Translations under genes and position numbers: made by a program | The notes under the pieces: model-generated | Databases searched by the model: none | What the model saw: only the letters and a program-made list of their open reading frames with translations | What the model was told of the DNA's origin: nothing | Shown: positions 15,752-24,657 of the stretch, piece after piece | Layout: every line of letters starts with the position of its first letter | Position numbering within the stretch: the stretch's first letter is position 1 | From: Actinomycetota bacterium | GTDB taxonomy: Bacteria; Actinomycetota; UBA4738; HRBIN12 | Direction of reading: 5' to 3' | NCBI GenBank assembly: GCA_036745475.1 | Contig: DAIOFZ010000003.1 | Coordinates: 1-40,885, forward strand | Length of the DNA stretch: 40,885 bases

Positions 15752-18250
15752 TCAGCGCCCGCGCGGGAGCTCCAGGACGCTCTCCTCGGGGGTCTTGTCG
15801 TCCCGAAGCCCCTTGAACGAGGGTGCGCGCATCTTCTTCGTGCTCTTGGTGATCTCGAGGTACTCGACCTGGCAGACGACCTGCGGCTCGACGAACGTCA
15901 CGCCCCTGATCCTGGCCAGCTCCGGGTCGTCGACCGGCGGGGTCGGGCGCCTCAGCGGCTCGAGCGCCTCGAGCACGCGGTCCAGCGTCGCCCGCGTGAA
16001 CCCCGTGCCGACCTGACCGATCCAGATCAGCTCGCCATCGTCGTAGGCGCCCACCAGCAGCGCGCCGAACGTCCCCGACCTGCCGCCCTGACCCGGCGTC
16101 CACCCCAGGATCACGCAGTCCTGCGTGTTCGTGAGCTTGATCTTCCGCCAGTCGGGTGATCGGCGACCGGGCTGGTACCTCGAGCCGGTGCGCTTGGCGA
16201 CGACTCCCTCGAGGCCGAGCCCCCGGGCGACCTCGACGAACCCCTTGCCCCCGCCCTCGACGTGGGTGACGACCTGGAGTCGTTGGTCCTGCTCGACGAT
16301 CGTCTCCAGAAGCTCGCGCCGCTCCTCGAGCCCGAGGCCGGTCAGGTCGTGACCGTCGAGCCAGAGCAGATCGAACGCCACCAGCGCGACCGGGATCTTG
16401 CCCGAGATCCGCTTGATCTCGCGCTCGTTCGACAGGTTCATCCGCTGCTGCAGGGCCTCGAACGAGTTCTTCCCGTCCTCGTCGAACGCCACGATCTCGG
16501 CGTCGAGCACCGCGTTCACCTGGTCGACGAGCTCGTGGATCATCCGCAGCTCCGGATACTTGTCGGTGACGTCCCGCGCGTTGCGCGTCACCAGGTGCGT
16601 GGCGTCGGTCGCCATCCGCGTCACCGAGCGGATCCCGTCGAACTTCGGCTCGAACCACCACTTCGGGTCGTCGAACGCCTTCCAGCCGCCCTCGGCAAGC
16701 ATCGGCTGGAACGCGGGCGGCGATGGGATCAGCGGCGACACCTGCCGGGACGCGAGGAAGGCGAGCCAGTCGGTGCGCGTCTTCACGAAGTGGAACTCCA
16801 GGCCCGGGTAGCGTCGGCCCCGGAGCCGGAAGCTCACCTTCGAGTCCGTCCACTCGACGGGCTCGTAGGTCCCGTCGTCGAAGATCCGGACCTCGCCCGC
16901 CCCGTAGTGGCCCTCGGGGATCGTGCCCTCGAACGAGCCGTACTCGAGTGGGTGATCCTCGGTCCGGACCGCCAGGCGCTTGTCGCCGGGTTGGGTCGGG
17001 AGCCCGCGCGGGACCGCCCACGACGGCAGCGCCCCGTCGCGTTCGAGCCGGACGTCATAGTGCAGACGCGTCGCTCGGTGCTTGTGGATCACGAATGAGT
17101 TGCCCTCACCGGTCGCGTCGCCGGGCGCCGGCTCCGTGGTCCCCTCCGTCCCGAACGTGCGCTTGCGCAGGTACTCGCCGAGCTTCGGGTCCATCGACGC
17201 GGCGATCACCTCCTCGGAGGTGCGCCGTGTCGCCAGGCTGGGGTCCGCGAACGCCTTCTCCGCGGGCAGCCCCACCGCCTCGAGTGCCGCCGTCAGGTCC
17301 TGCGGTTGTGTCCGCACGCCCTCGAACAGGTCCCCGAGCTTGTCGAACCGCTCCCACACGTTCTCGATCCGGAAGTCCTGCGGCGTGATCCCCGCGTCGA
17401 CCTCTTCCCACGTCACCGGCGTCGAGACCGTGGCCATCGCCTCGGGCCGGAGTGAATAGGCCGCCGAGATGTTGGCGCCGCTCCGGTTCATGTTGTGGTC
17501 GATGAAGACCTTGCCGGTCCGCTTGGAGATCTGCCACGCCATCGTCACGTGCTGGCGATCGGCGCGCTCGATCGTCCGGCCGAGCGTGCCGACGAAGTCG
17601 CGCACCTGGTCGTAGGACCAGCCGAGTTGGATCGGCACGTAGATCTGGACGCCGGTCGCGCCGGACGTCTTCGGGTAGCCGGTCAACCCCAGGGCGCCCA
17701 GCGCCGCGTGGACGTGCTGAGCGACGATCAGCACGTCGTCGAAGCTCGCGCCCATCGGGTCGAGGTCGAAGAACAGGTAGTCGGGCGACTCGATCGAGGG
17801 ACAGCGCGAGTGCAGCGGGTGCATCTCGATCGCGCCGAGGTTCACGACGAACAACAGCGTCGCGAGGTCCTGCACCATCATGTAGCCGATCACGCCGTCC
17901 TTGCTGTCCTCGCTCCGGACGGGACAGCGCGCGATCCAGTCGGGCGTGTGCGACGGCGCCGTCTTCTCGTAGAAGAAGGGCCCGTTCACGCCGTCGGGCA
18001 TGCGCTTCATCGTGAGCGGCCGGTCATGCAGGTGCGGCAGGATCAACTCGGCGACGTTGTAGTAGAACGCGAGCAGATCGCCCTTCGTGTAGCCCTCGTC
18101 GGGCCAGAAGACCTTGTCGAGGTTCGAGAGCCGCAGCTCGCGGCCGTCGGCCTCCATCCACCAGGCGTCGCCGCGCTTGTCGGCCGGCAGCGGTCGCGGG
18201 AACGCGACCGTGAACGCGCGGCCGGAGCTCGTCTTCTTCCGCGGCGACAC
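15752..18250 (-). CDS. ligD: Multidomain ATP-dependent DNA ligase LigD (polymerase/primase - 3'-phosphoesterase - ligase)
   Basis: 832 aa. Pol domain: SNLDKVFWP...FFDLDP...SGATGVQIYVP. PE domain: FVIHKHRATRLHYDVRLE. Ligase domain: adenylation motif EPKFDGIR. Confidence 0.9.
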   Translation of the reverse strand: MSPRKKTSSGRAFTVAFPRPLPADKRGDAWWMEADGRELRLSNLDKVFWPDEGYTKGDLLAFYYNVAELILPHLHDRPLTMKRMPDGVNGPFFYEKTAPSHTPDWIARCPVRSEDSKDGVIGYMMVQDLATLLFVVNLGAIEMHPLHSRCPSIESPDYLFFDLDPMGASFDDVLIVAQHVHAALGALGLTGYPKTSGATGVQIYVPIQLGWSYDQVRDFVGTLGRTIERADRQHVTMAWQISKRTGKVFIDHNMNRSGANISAAYSLRPEAMATVSTPVTWEEVDAGITPQDFRIENVWERFDKLGDLFEGVRTQPQDLTAALEAVGLPAEKAFADPSLATRRTSEEVIAASMDPKLGEYLRKRTFGTEGTTEPAPGDATGEGNSFVIHKHRATRLHYDVRLERDGALPSWAVPRGLPTQPGDKRLAVRTEDHPLEYGSFEGTIPEGHYGAGEVRIFDDGTYEPVEWTDSKVSFRLRGRRYPGLEFHFVKTRTDWLAFLASRQVSPLIPSPPAFQPMLAEGGWKAFDDPKWWFEPKFDGIRSVTRMATDATHLVTRNARDVTDKYPELRMIHELVDQVNAVLDAEIVAFDEDGKNSFEALQQRMNLSNEREIKRISGKIPVALVAFDLLWLDGHDLTGLGLEERRELLETIVEQDQRLQVVTHVEGGGKGFVEVARGLGLEGVVAKRTGSRYQPGRRSPDWRKIKLTNTQDCVILGWTPGQGGRSGTFGALLVGAYDDGELIWIGQVGTGFTRATLDRVLEALEPLRRPTPPVDDPELARIRGVTFVEPQVVCQVEYLEITKSTKKMRAPSFKGLRDDKTPEESVLELPRGR

Positions 18251-18256
18251 ACCGTC

Positions 18257-18262
18257 AGCGTA
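18257..18262 (-). promoter_or_regulatory. -10-like TACGCT (minus strand) 6 nt upstream of ligD GTG 18250 (leaderless-type)
   Basis: The minus strand reads ...cctgaccgaTACGCTgacggtGTG, with no SD. Confidence 0.4.
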
Positions 18263-18277
18263 TCGGTCAGGCGCGAC

Positions 18278-18606
18278 TCAGCACTGCTCCGCGCCGGGCA
18301 GGATCGGGACCTCCCCGTTCTTCTGGAAGAAGGACTTCGCGATCTGGTCGAGCCCGGGGACCGCCGAATCGATCTCCACGCCGATCGAGGTGGCCTTGAA
18401 CGCGGGCGCGTCGGCCGTCCCGGCGATCACGAGATCGACGGCGTCGGTGAACGAGATGTGCCCGAAGGGTTCGACGGTGAAGTCCTCGCCGATCACCAGG
18501 GTTCCCGTGCCGTTCCCCCACCCTCGACCTGGGTGTCGCCGCCCGAGCAGGCTGCGAACAGCACGACCGCGACGACGGCAGGGACGACGTTGCGGGCGAT
18601 GCGCAC
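18278..18606 (-). pseudogene. Small lipoprotein gene interrupted by a frameshift in a G-run
   Basis: GTG 18606 opens VRIARNVVPAVVAVVLFAAC SGGDTQVEGGG..., a signal peptide with a lipobox. That frame stops at 18495-18493. The frame one nt offset continues ...GTGTLVIGEDFTVEPFGHISFTDAVDLVIAGTADAPAFKATSIGVEIDSAVPGLDQIAKSFFQKNGEVPILPGAEQC to the stop at 18278. The total is 329 nt, so one extra G in GGGTGGGGG (18516-18524) would give an intact 109-aa ORF. Confidence 0.45.
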
Positions 18607-18678
18607 GGGGGTTCGTACCCCGGCGCAACGGTGGGGTCAAGCGGAGGGATAGGCGGTCGAACCAGGGGTGGGTCCGCG

Positions 18679-18705
18679 GGACATGTCCGCGACGACGGCT
18701 AGAAT
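18679..18705 (+). promoter_or_regulatory. Putative ku promoter: palindrome GGACATGTCC, then aTGTCCGCG-N8-TAGAAT
   Basis: TAGAAT (18700-18705) lies 46 nt upstream of ATG 18752. The perfect 10-bp palindrome at 18679-18688 overlaps the -35 zone. TGTC lies 11 nt upstream of the -10, as in the RecA-NDp motif (6 of 9 positions match). Confidence 0.4.
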
Positions 18706-18751
18706 CGCGGTCCCGAGCGTCGAGCGGGACGCCCAGGCACGAGGAGCGCGC

Positions 18752-19644
18752 ATGCCACCCAGGTCGATGTGGAAGGGGGCCATCTCGTTCGGCCTCGTCA
18801 CGATCCCGGTCGCCGTCTATCCGGCCACCGAGGAGAAGTCGCTGAAGTTCAACCAGCTCCACGACGAGGACATGGGCCGGATCCGGTACAAGCGCGTGTG
18901 CTCGATCGACGGCGAGGAGGTCGAGTTCGACCACATCGTCAAGGGTTACGAGGTCGAGAAGGACAAGTACGTCGTCATGACCGATGAGGACTTCGACGCG
19001 GTCCCGGTCGAGTCGAGCCGCGCGATCGACATCCAGCAGTTCGTCGACCTCGAGGAGATCGACCCGATCCTGTTCAAGAAGTCCTACTACCTCGTCCCGG
19101 ACGAGACAGGGGCCAAGGCCTACGCGCTGTTGCGCAAGGCGCTCTCGGACGAGCGCAAGGTCGGGATCGCGAAGGTCAGCTTCCGCGACAAGGAGCACCT
19201 GTCCGCGCTCCGGTTCAAAGACGAGGTGTTCGTGCTCGAGACGATGTACTGGCCCGACGAGGTCCGGGCGGCCGAGTTCGACACCGTGCCGGCCGACGAG
19301 AAGGTCCGTGAGAACGAGGTCGACATGGCCCGGTCGCTGATCGAGAGCCTGACAGAACCCTGGAACCCCGAGGCCTTCACGGACGCCTACCGCGAGGCGA
19401 TGCTCGAGATCGTCGAGAAGAAGCTCGCCGGCGAGCCGATCGAGGCGCCGACCGAGGAGGCGCCCGCGCGGGTCGTGGACCTGATGGAGGCCCTCAAGGC
19501 CTCGGTCGAAGCGGCCAAAGAGAAGACGCCGTCGGCGGGGGGCGCCAAGCGGAGCGGCGCGAAGCGGCCGGCGGCCAAGAAGCCCACGGCCAAGCGCGCA
19601 CCCGCGGCGAAGAAGGCGGCGCCGCGCAAGAAGGCGTCCGGTGA

Positions 19645-19648
<4 letters not shown>
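18752..19648 (+). CDS. ku: NHEJ DNA end-binding protein Ku with Lys/Ala/Pro-rich C-terminal tail
   Basis: MPPRSMWKGAISFGLVTIPVAVYPATEE...RYKRVC...KGYEV is the canonical bacterial Ku N-terminus. GAGGAG SD lies 5 nt upstream of ATG 18752. The track ORF starts at 18668. Confidence 0.9.
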
Positions 19649-20097
<449 letters not shown>

Positions 20098-20098
20098 C

Positions 20099-22564
20099 GT
20101 GAGCGAGCGGCCCGCGCCGGTCGGCCGGCTCCTCGAGGATCTCCGCTCGCTCGATCGCGCCTACTCCACCGGTCATCACGGCCGGTGGTCGGGACGCCGC
20201 CGCGCCGAGCTCGTCGATGCGTGCATCCGCGACCTCGCGTCCGACGCCCGGATGCCGGGGGACGTCGCGCTCGTCGCGCTCGGCGGGTACGGACGTGGGG
20301 TGCTCTCGCCCGGCTCCGACCTCGATCTGCTGATCCTGCACGATGGGTCTTCGACCCCCGACGTCGCGGCGCTCGCCGAGCATCTCCTGTACCCACTGTG
20401 GGACGCCGGTCTCCACGTCGGTCACGCCGTCCGAACGCCGCAGGCCTGCGTCGCCATCGCGGCGGAACGGCTCGACGCGACCACCGCCATGCTCGACGGG
20501 CGGCTCCTGGCTGGATCCGGGTCCTCGTGGGACGACGTGCGCTCGGCGGTGCTGGAGCTGCTTCGCTACGACCCCCCCGCGTTCGCCGAGCGCCTGGCGG
20601 CCGATCGCGTGGCTCGGCGCGATCGGTTCGGGTCGGTGTCCTCGCTCCTCGAGCCAGAGCTCAAGGAGGGCGTCGGGGGTCTCCGGGACGTCCACGCCCT
20701 GGCCTGGCTCCAGACCGCGATGGGCTCCCCGCTCGAGGACGCGGGGATCCTGCGCGTGTCGGAGCGTCGTTCTCTCGAAGGGGCCGAGGAGTTCCTCGCG
20801 CGTGTCCGCGGCGCGTTGCACCTGGAGAGCGGCCGGGGTTCGGACCGGCTCCTCGCGGAACTCCAGCCGTCGATCGCGCGAGCCATGGGCTTCGCGGATG
20901 AGCCGGGGCTCCCCGCGGTCGACGGGCTGATGCGGTCGGTATTCGAGCAGGCCCGCCAGGTCGAGCACGTCTCCGCCTCGGTATTCGATCGGTTCCTGCG
21001 CGGTTCCTCTCCCCCGGCTCCGCTCGAAGCCACACCGGAGGGGGTCCTTCGGGCGTTCGCCGCGGTCGCGCGCGACGGGGACGTGATGTCGGCCGCCTCG
21101 CTCGATGCCGTGGCGGCCATCTCGATCGACGCCGACCTGCCGTGGACCGAACCGATCCGAGCGGCGTTCCTCGAGCTCCTCCGGTGCGGCCCGGCGGCGG
21201 CCGAAGGGCTCGAGACCCTCGACCGCGTCGGCCTCCTCGAACGATTCGTGCCGGCGTGGGGGCCGGTCCGGTGCCGGCCGCAGCGCGACCCGTACCACAG
21301 GTCATCGGTCGACGTGCACCTGCTCGCCTCGTTCGCCGGCGTCGCTCGTGCGCTGGAGGATCCCGGAGATGACCCCTCGGTGGCGCCGGCCGTGCAGGCG
21401 GTCCGCGACACCGACGCCCTGCGCCTGGGCGCGCTCCTGCACGACATCGGCAAGACCGGCGAGGGCCATCACGTCGAGGTCGGGACGCGCGTTGCCTGGG
21501 AGACGCTCGATCACATGGGCGTGTCGGGTCCGACGGCCGAGGTCGCGCGATTCCTCGTCGCGGAGCACCTCCTCCTGTCGGACACGGCCACGCGTCGCGA
21601 TCTCGACGACGAGCGCCTGATCGTCGGCGTGGCCGATCGCGTCGGTGATCCCGGGCGCCTGGCCGCCCTGTACCTCCTCACGATGGCCGACGCCGAGGCG
21701 ACGGGGCCGCTCGCGTGGACGTCGTGGCGTGCGACCCTGGTCCGCGAGCTCGTCGCCAAGGTCCGCCACGTCCTCGAGCGCGACGACGTGGGGTGGGGTA
21801 CGGCGGAGCGGCTGACCGCTCGGGCGGAGGAGATCCGTGCGTCGCTGGCGGGTGAGGACCCCGAGGCCGTCGAGCGCTTCCTCCTGCGGATGCCGCGCGG
21901 CTACGTCCTGACGGTCCCGATCGACCGCGTGCCGATCCACCACCGCCTCGTCGCTCCGGCCGTCGGGTCGCACGAGGTGCGGACCCACGCGACCGAGGGA
22001 TCACGCGCCGCGGCCTACGACCTCGCCGTCGTCGCGGCCGACCGGCCGGGGCTGCTCTCGATGATCGCGGGGGCGCTCTCGCTCGCCGGGCTGTCCATCC
22101 TGACCGCCCAGGCGTTCACGACCGACGACGGCGTCGCCGTGGACCTGTTCGAGATCGAGGGGGCGTTCGAGCCCGAGGTCCGGGAGGAGCGCTGGCGGGA
22201 GTTCCGGACGACGCTGCACAAGGCGCTCGAGGGTCGGCTCTCGCTCGATCATCGCGTCCGCAAGAAGCGGCGGTACTACCCGGGTCCGAAGGCAGACGTG
22301 CCGGTGCGGGTCGAGGTGGACAACGACGCGTCCGACTTCTTCACTGTCATCGAGGTCGGCGCCCCCGACCGCCTCGGGCTGCTCTTCGACATCACCCGAG
22401 CCCTCGCCGAGCTGCAGCTCGACGTGCACCTCGCGAAGGTGGCGACCTTCGGCGGGCGCGTGGTCGACGCCTTCTACGTCCGCGACAACCTCGGGCGCAG
22501 GGTCGACGATCTCGAGCGGGTCCGCGAGCTGGAGGACGCCGTGCGCGGCCGTCTCGCAACGTGA
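20099..22564 (+). CDS. glnD: [Protein-PII] uridylyl/adenylyl-transferase GlnD
   Basis: NTase motif GGYGRGVLSPGSDLDLLILH, HD domain LLHDIGK and two C-terminal ACT-like domains (DRPGLLSMIAGALSLAGLSIL; APDRLGLLFDITRALAELQLDV). GTG 20099 lies 2 nt after the glnK stop. The track ORF starts at 20072, inside glnK. Confidence 0.85.
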   Translation: MSERPAPVGRLLEDLRSLDRAYSTGHHGRWSGRRRAELVDACIRDLASDARMPGDVALVALGGYGRGVLSPGSDLDLLILHDGSSTPDVAALAEHLLYPLWDAGLHVGHAVRTPQACVAIAAERLDATTAMLDGRLLAGSGSSWDDVRSAVLELLRYDPPAFAERLAADRVARRDRFGSVSSLLEPELKEGVGGLRDVHALAWLQTAMGSPLEDAGILRVSERRSLEGAEEFLARVRGALHLESGRGSDRLLAELQPSIARAMGFADEPGLPAVDGLMRSVFEQARQVEHVSASVFDRFLRGSSPPAPLEATPEGVLRAFAAVARDGDVMSAASLDAVAAISIDADLPWTEPIRAAFLELLRCGPAAAEGLETLDRVGLLERFVPAWGPVRCRPQRDPYHRSSVDVHLLASFAGVARALEDPGDDPSVAPAVQAVRDTDALRLGALLHDIGKTGEGHHVEVGTRVAWETLDHMGVSGPTAEVARFLVAEHLLLSDTATRRDLDDERLIVGVADRVGDPGRLAALYLLTMADAEATGPLAWTSWRATLVRELVAKVRHVLERDDVGWGTAERLTARAEEIRASLAGEDPEAVERFLLRMPRGYVLTVPIDRVPIHHRLVAPAVGSHEVRTHATEGSRAAAYDLAVVAADRPGLLSMIAGALSLAGLSILTAQAFTTDDGVAVDLFEIEGAFEPEVREERWREFRTTLHKALEGRLSLDHRVRKKRRYYPGPKADVPVRVEVDNDASDFFTVIEVGAPDRLGLLFDITRALAELQLDVHLAKVATFGGRVVDAFYVRDNLGRRVDDLERVRELEDAVRGRLAT

Positions 22565-22592
22565 CCTGGGCGCGAGCCCCGAGCGGGTTCGG

Positions 22593-23306
22593 CTAGGGCT
22601 CAAGCATCGCCCGGAGCCGATCGGCCATCTGCGTGCTGTGGCCCTCGTCCTCGTGCTTGAAGTAGCAGTAGACGTCCCGGCCCTCGTCGAGCGAGGGACG
22701 GATCCGGTCCACCCAGGCGCGCAGCTCCTCGTCCGAGTACTCGGTCTTCCGCAGACGCAGGAACCCGAACGGCTCCCATGACAGGTCGTCGGGTCCCGGG
22801 TCGTTCTCGTCGGTCTCCGCGACGCACCAGGCGACGCCCTGCTCGAGCAGCAGGTCGCGGGCCTGGATCCACGATGGGTGGCGGAATTCCATCGCGGCCC
22901 GGGGCGCCGGCGGCAAGTACCCCACGAACGCCTCGATCAGCCCGCGGTCGTATGTCAGGGTGGGCGGGCACTGGTACAGGACGGTCCCGAACCGCTCCCC
23001 GAGCAACCGCCCGAGGTCCAGGAAATCGCGCACGTCCTGGTCCGCGTCCGCCAGCCGCTTCCAGTGCGTGATGCGCTGGTTCGCCTTCAGGGTGAACCGG
23101 AAGGTCTCGGGGGTCTCGGCCCTCCACGTCCTCATGGACTTCTCGGAAGGGAAGCGCCGGAACGTGTAGTTGATCTCGACGGAGGGGAACCGGCTCGCGT
23201 AGTACGAGAGCATCTCGCGGTTCTTCAGCCCCTCCGGGTAGAACACGCCGTGCTTCCACTCGTCGTAGGCGAACCCCGACGTCCCGAGGTAGAGGTTCCC
23301 GTCCAT
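22593..23306 (-). CDS. DUF72 (YecE/UPF0759) family protein
   Basis: MDGNLYLGTSGFAYDEWKHGVFYPEGL...YYASRFPSVEINYTFRRFP is the typical DUF72 N-terminus. The start was chosen at ATG 23306. The track ORF extends to 23357. Confidence 0.8.
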   Translation of the reverse strand: MDGNLYLGTSGFAYDEWKHGVFYPEGLKNREMLSYYASRFPSVEINYTFRRFPSEKSMRTWRAETPETFRFTLKANQRITHWKRLADADQDVRDFLDLGRLLGERFGTVLYQCPPTLTYDRGLIEAFVGYLPPAPRAAMEFRHPSWIQARDLLLEQGVAWCVAETDENDPGPDDLSWEPFGFLRLRKTEYSDEELRAWVDRIRPSLDEGRDVYCYFKHEDEGHSTQMADRLRAMLEP

Positions 23307-23323
23307 CTGATAAGGATTCTGGC

Positions 23324-23998
23324 ATGGCCACGCCGGAGAGCCGAGGGCGCATCGCACTGCCGTCCGGGGACGTGGGATCGGTCTGGATCCGGCCGCGGGA
23401 CGCCACGGGCACGCTGGTGGTCGCGCACGGGGCCGGTGCGGGCATGGACCACCCGTTCCTCGCAGGGTTCTGCCGTGCGATGGGGGAGGCGCGCGTGGCG
23501 ACGATGCGCTTCAACTTCCCCTTCATCGAGCGCGGCCGCCGGTCGCCCGACCCAGAGCGCGTGCTGCGCGAGACCTGGCTGGCGGCGTTTCAGGCGGCGT
23601 CCGAACGCGAGGACGGCCGGGGCGTCCTCGCGGGGGGCAAGTCCCTCGGCGGGCGCATCGCCTCGATGTGTGCGGCCGACGGGATGCCGGCCGAGGGGCT
23701 GGTGTTCCTCGGCTACCCGCTGCACGCGCCGGGTAGGACCGAGAAGCTGCGCGCCGAGCACCTCGAGCGGATCCGGGTCCCGATGCTGTTCCTGCAGGGC
23801 ACGAGGGATCCGTTCGCGAACCCGGACCTCCTCGAGGGGGTGCTGGCGAAGCTGGGCGACCTGGCCGTGTTCGAGCCGGTGGAGGGCGGCGACCACTCGT
23901 TTCGGATCCGAGGCGTCAAGGCCGACGATCGCGAGATCGGGACGGCGCTGGCCGGCTCCGCCGCACCATTCGTCCGGCGGGTCGCCGGGGAGCGCTGA
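23324..23998 (+). CDS. Alpha/beta hydrolase (COG3571/dienelactone-hydrolase-like)
   Basis: 224 aa with nucleophile elbow GKSLGG, plus later RDPF and GGDHSF (Asp and His candidates). Confidence 0.75.
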   Translation: MATPESRGRIALPSGDVGSVWIRPRDATGTLVVAHGAGAGMDHPFLAGFCRAMGEARVATMRFNFPFIERGRRSPDPERVLRETWLAAFQAASEREDGRGVLAGGKSLGGRIASMCAADGMPAEGLVFLGYPLHAPGRTEKLRAEHLERIRVPMLFLQGTRDPFANPDLLEGVLAKLGDLAVFEPVEGGDHSFRIRGVKADDREIGTALAGSAAPFVRRVAGER

Positions 23999-24273
23999 TG
24001 CCGCGCCGCAACCGCCGGGCCCCGGACGACGGTCCGCATCCCGCACGCATGCCGCAGTCGGCGGCACCCGCCTGGGCGAGCGTTCCGGGCATCGAGGTGC
24101 GGCGACTGACGAGCGACAAGCCCTATCGCTGCCCCGGATGCGATCTCGAGATCCGGCCGGGCACGTGGCACTTCGTCGTCGTCCCCGCGGTTCCGCAGGA
24201 TCGTCGTCACTGGCACGAGCGCTGCTGGCAGGTCGAGCTCAACCGGACGCGCGGTCGCCGTCCGAGTGGCTGA
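23998..24273 (+). CDS. Small conserved zinc-binding protein (CPGC ... HWHERCW)
   Basis: 91 aa: KPYRCPGCDLEIRPGTWHFVVVP...RRHWHERCW. ATG shares one nt with the upstream stop (TGATG). ATG 24049 is an alternative start. Confidence 0.55.
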   Translation: MPRRNRRAPDDGPHPARMPQSAAPAWASVPGIEVRRLTSDKPYRCPGCDLEIRPGTWHFVVVPAVPQDRRHWHERCWQVELNRTRGRRPSG

Positions 24274-24303
24274 ACGGCTCTCGGCCCCGGCTATCATCGC
24301 CCC

Positions 24304-24657
24304 GTGCCGCCACGACCCGTGCGGGCGTCGATGCATCACGAGCCACCGGTCTGGGTGGGCAGGGTGCGCGGTCGCGAGATCAGGCGGCGCACCCGGGACG
24401 GCTGCCTGAACGGCCTGCGGGGGCTCGCGGGCGCCGACGCGTTGTTGTGGGTGGAGGTCACCCCCGACGTCGTGGGCGTGAGCGAAGCCGCGGCGATCCT
24501 TGGATGGGATCGCCGGCGCGTGGCGACGTACGTGAGCCGGGGAGCGTTCCCCGAGCCGATCGCGGCCCTCGCGTCCGGGCGGGTCTGGCGGCGCGAGGAT
24601 ATCGAGGTCTTCGGTCGCGATCGTCTCCGGCGCAAGGGCCGCAGGATCGCCTGGTGA
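24304..24657 (+). CDS. Helix-turn-helix (excisionase/MerR-like HTH_17) DNA-binding protein; true start probably internal
   Basis: The C-terminal ~60 aa (VGVSEAAAILGWDRRRVATYVSRGAFPEPIAALASGRVWRREDIEVF) fit the HTH pattern. The stop overlaps the next gene's GTG (GTGA). Candidate starts are GTG 24304, ATG 24331, GTG 24451 and GTG 24472. Confidence 0.45.
   Translation: MPPRPVRASMHHEPPVWVGRVRGREIRRRTRDGCLNGLRGLAGADALLWVEVTPDVVGVSEAAAILGWDRRRVATYVSRGAFPEPIAALASGRVWRREDIEVFGRDRLRRKGRRIAW

Noticed and set aside
14775-17021. 748-aa minus-strand ORF across the PIG-L, zinc-ribbon and ligD region.
   Set aside because: It has shadow-ORF composition. It conflicts with three well-supported genes, and ligD occupies another frame on the same strand.
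18257-18279. RecA-NDp-like element upstream of ligD (gAGTCGcgc-N8-TACGCT).
   Set aside because: The spacing is right, but only 4 of 9 positions of the upstream element match and the first T of the TGTC core is missing. That is too weak to call without genome-wide motif statistics.
18516-18524. Programmed ribosomal frameshifting at GGGTGGGGG in the split lipoprotein gene.
   Set aside because: The run is T-GGGGG-A, not a canonical X-XXY-YYZ heptamer, and I saw no downstream pseudoknot or hairpin. A homopolymer error or a real mutation is more parsimonious.
24304-24657. Excisionase-like HTH gene considered as a prophage or integrative-element remnant.
   Set aside because: There is no integrase, no tRNA target, no flanking direct repeats and no compositional break. 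It is translationally coupled to a housekeeping-type phosphatase gene.
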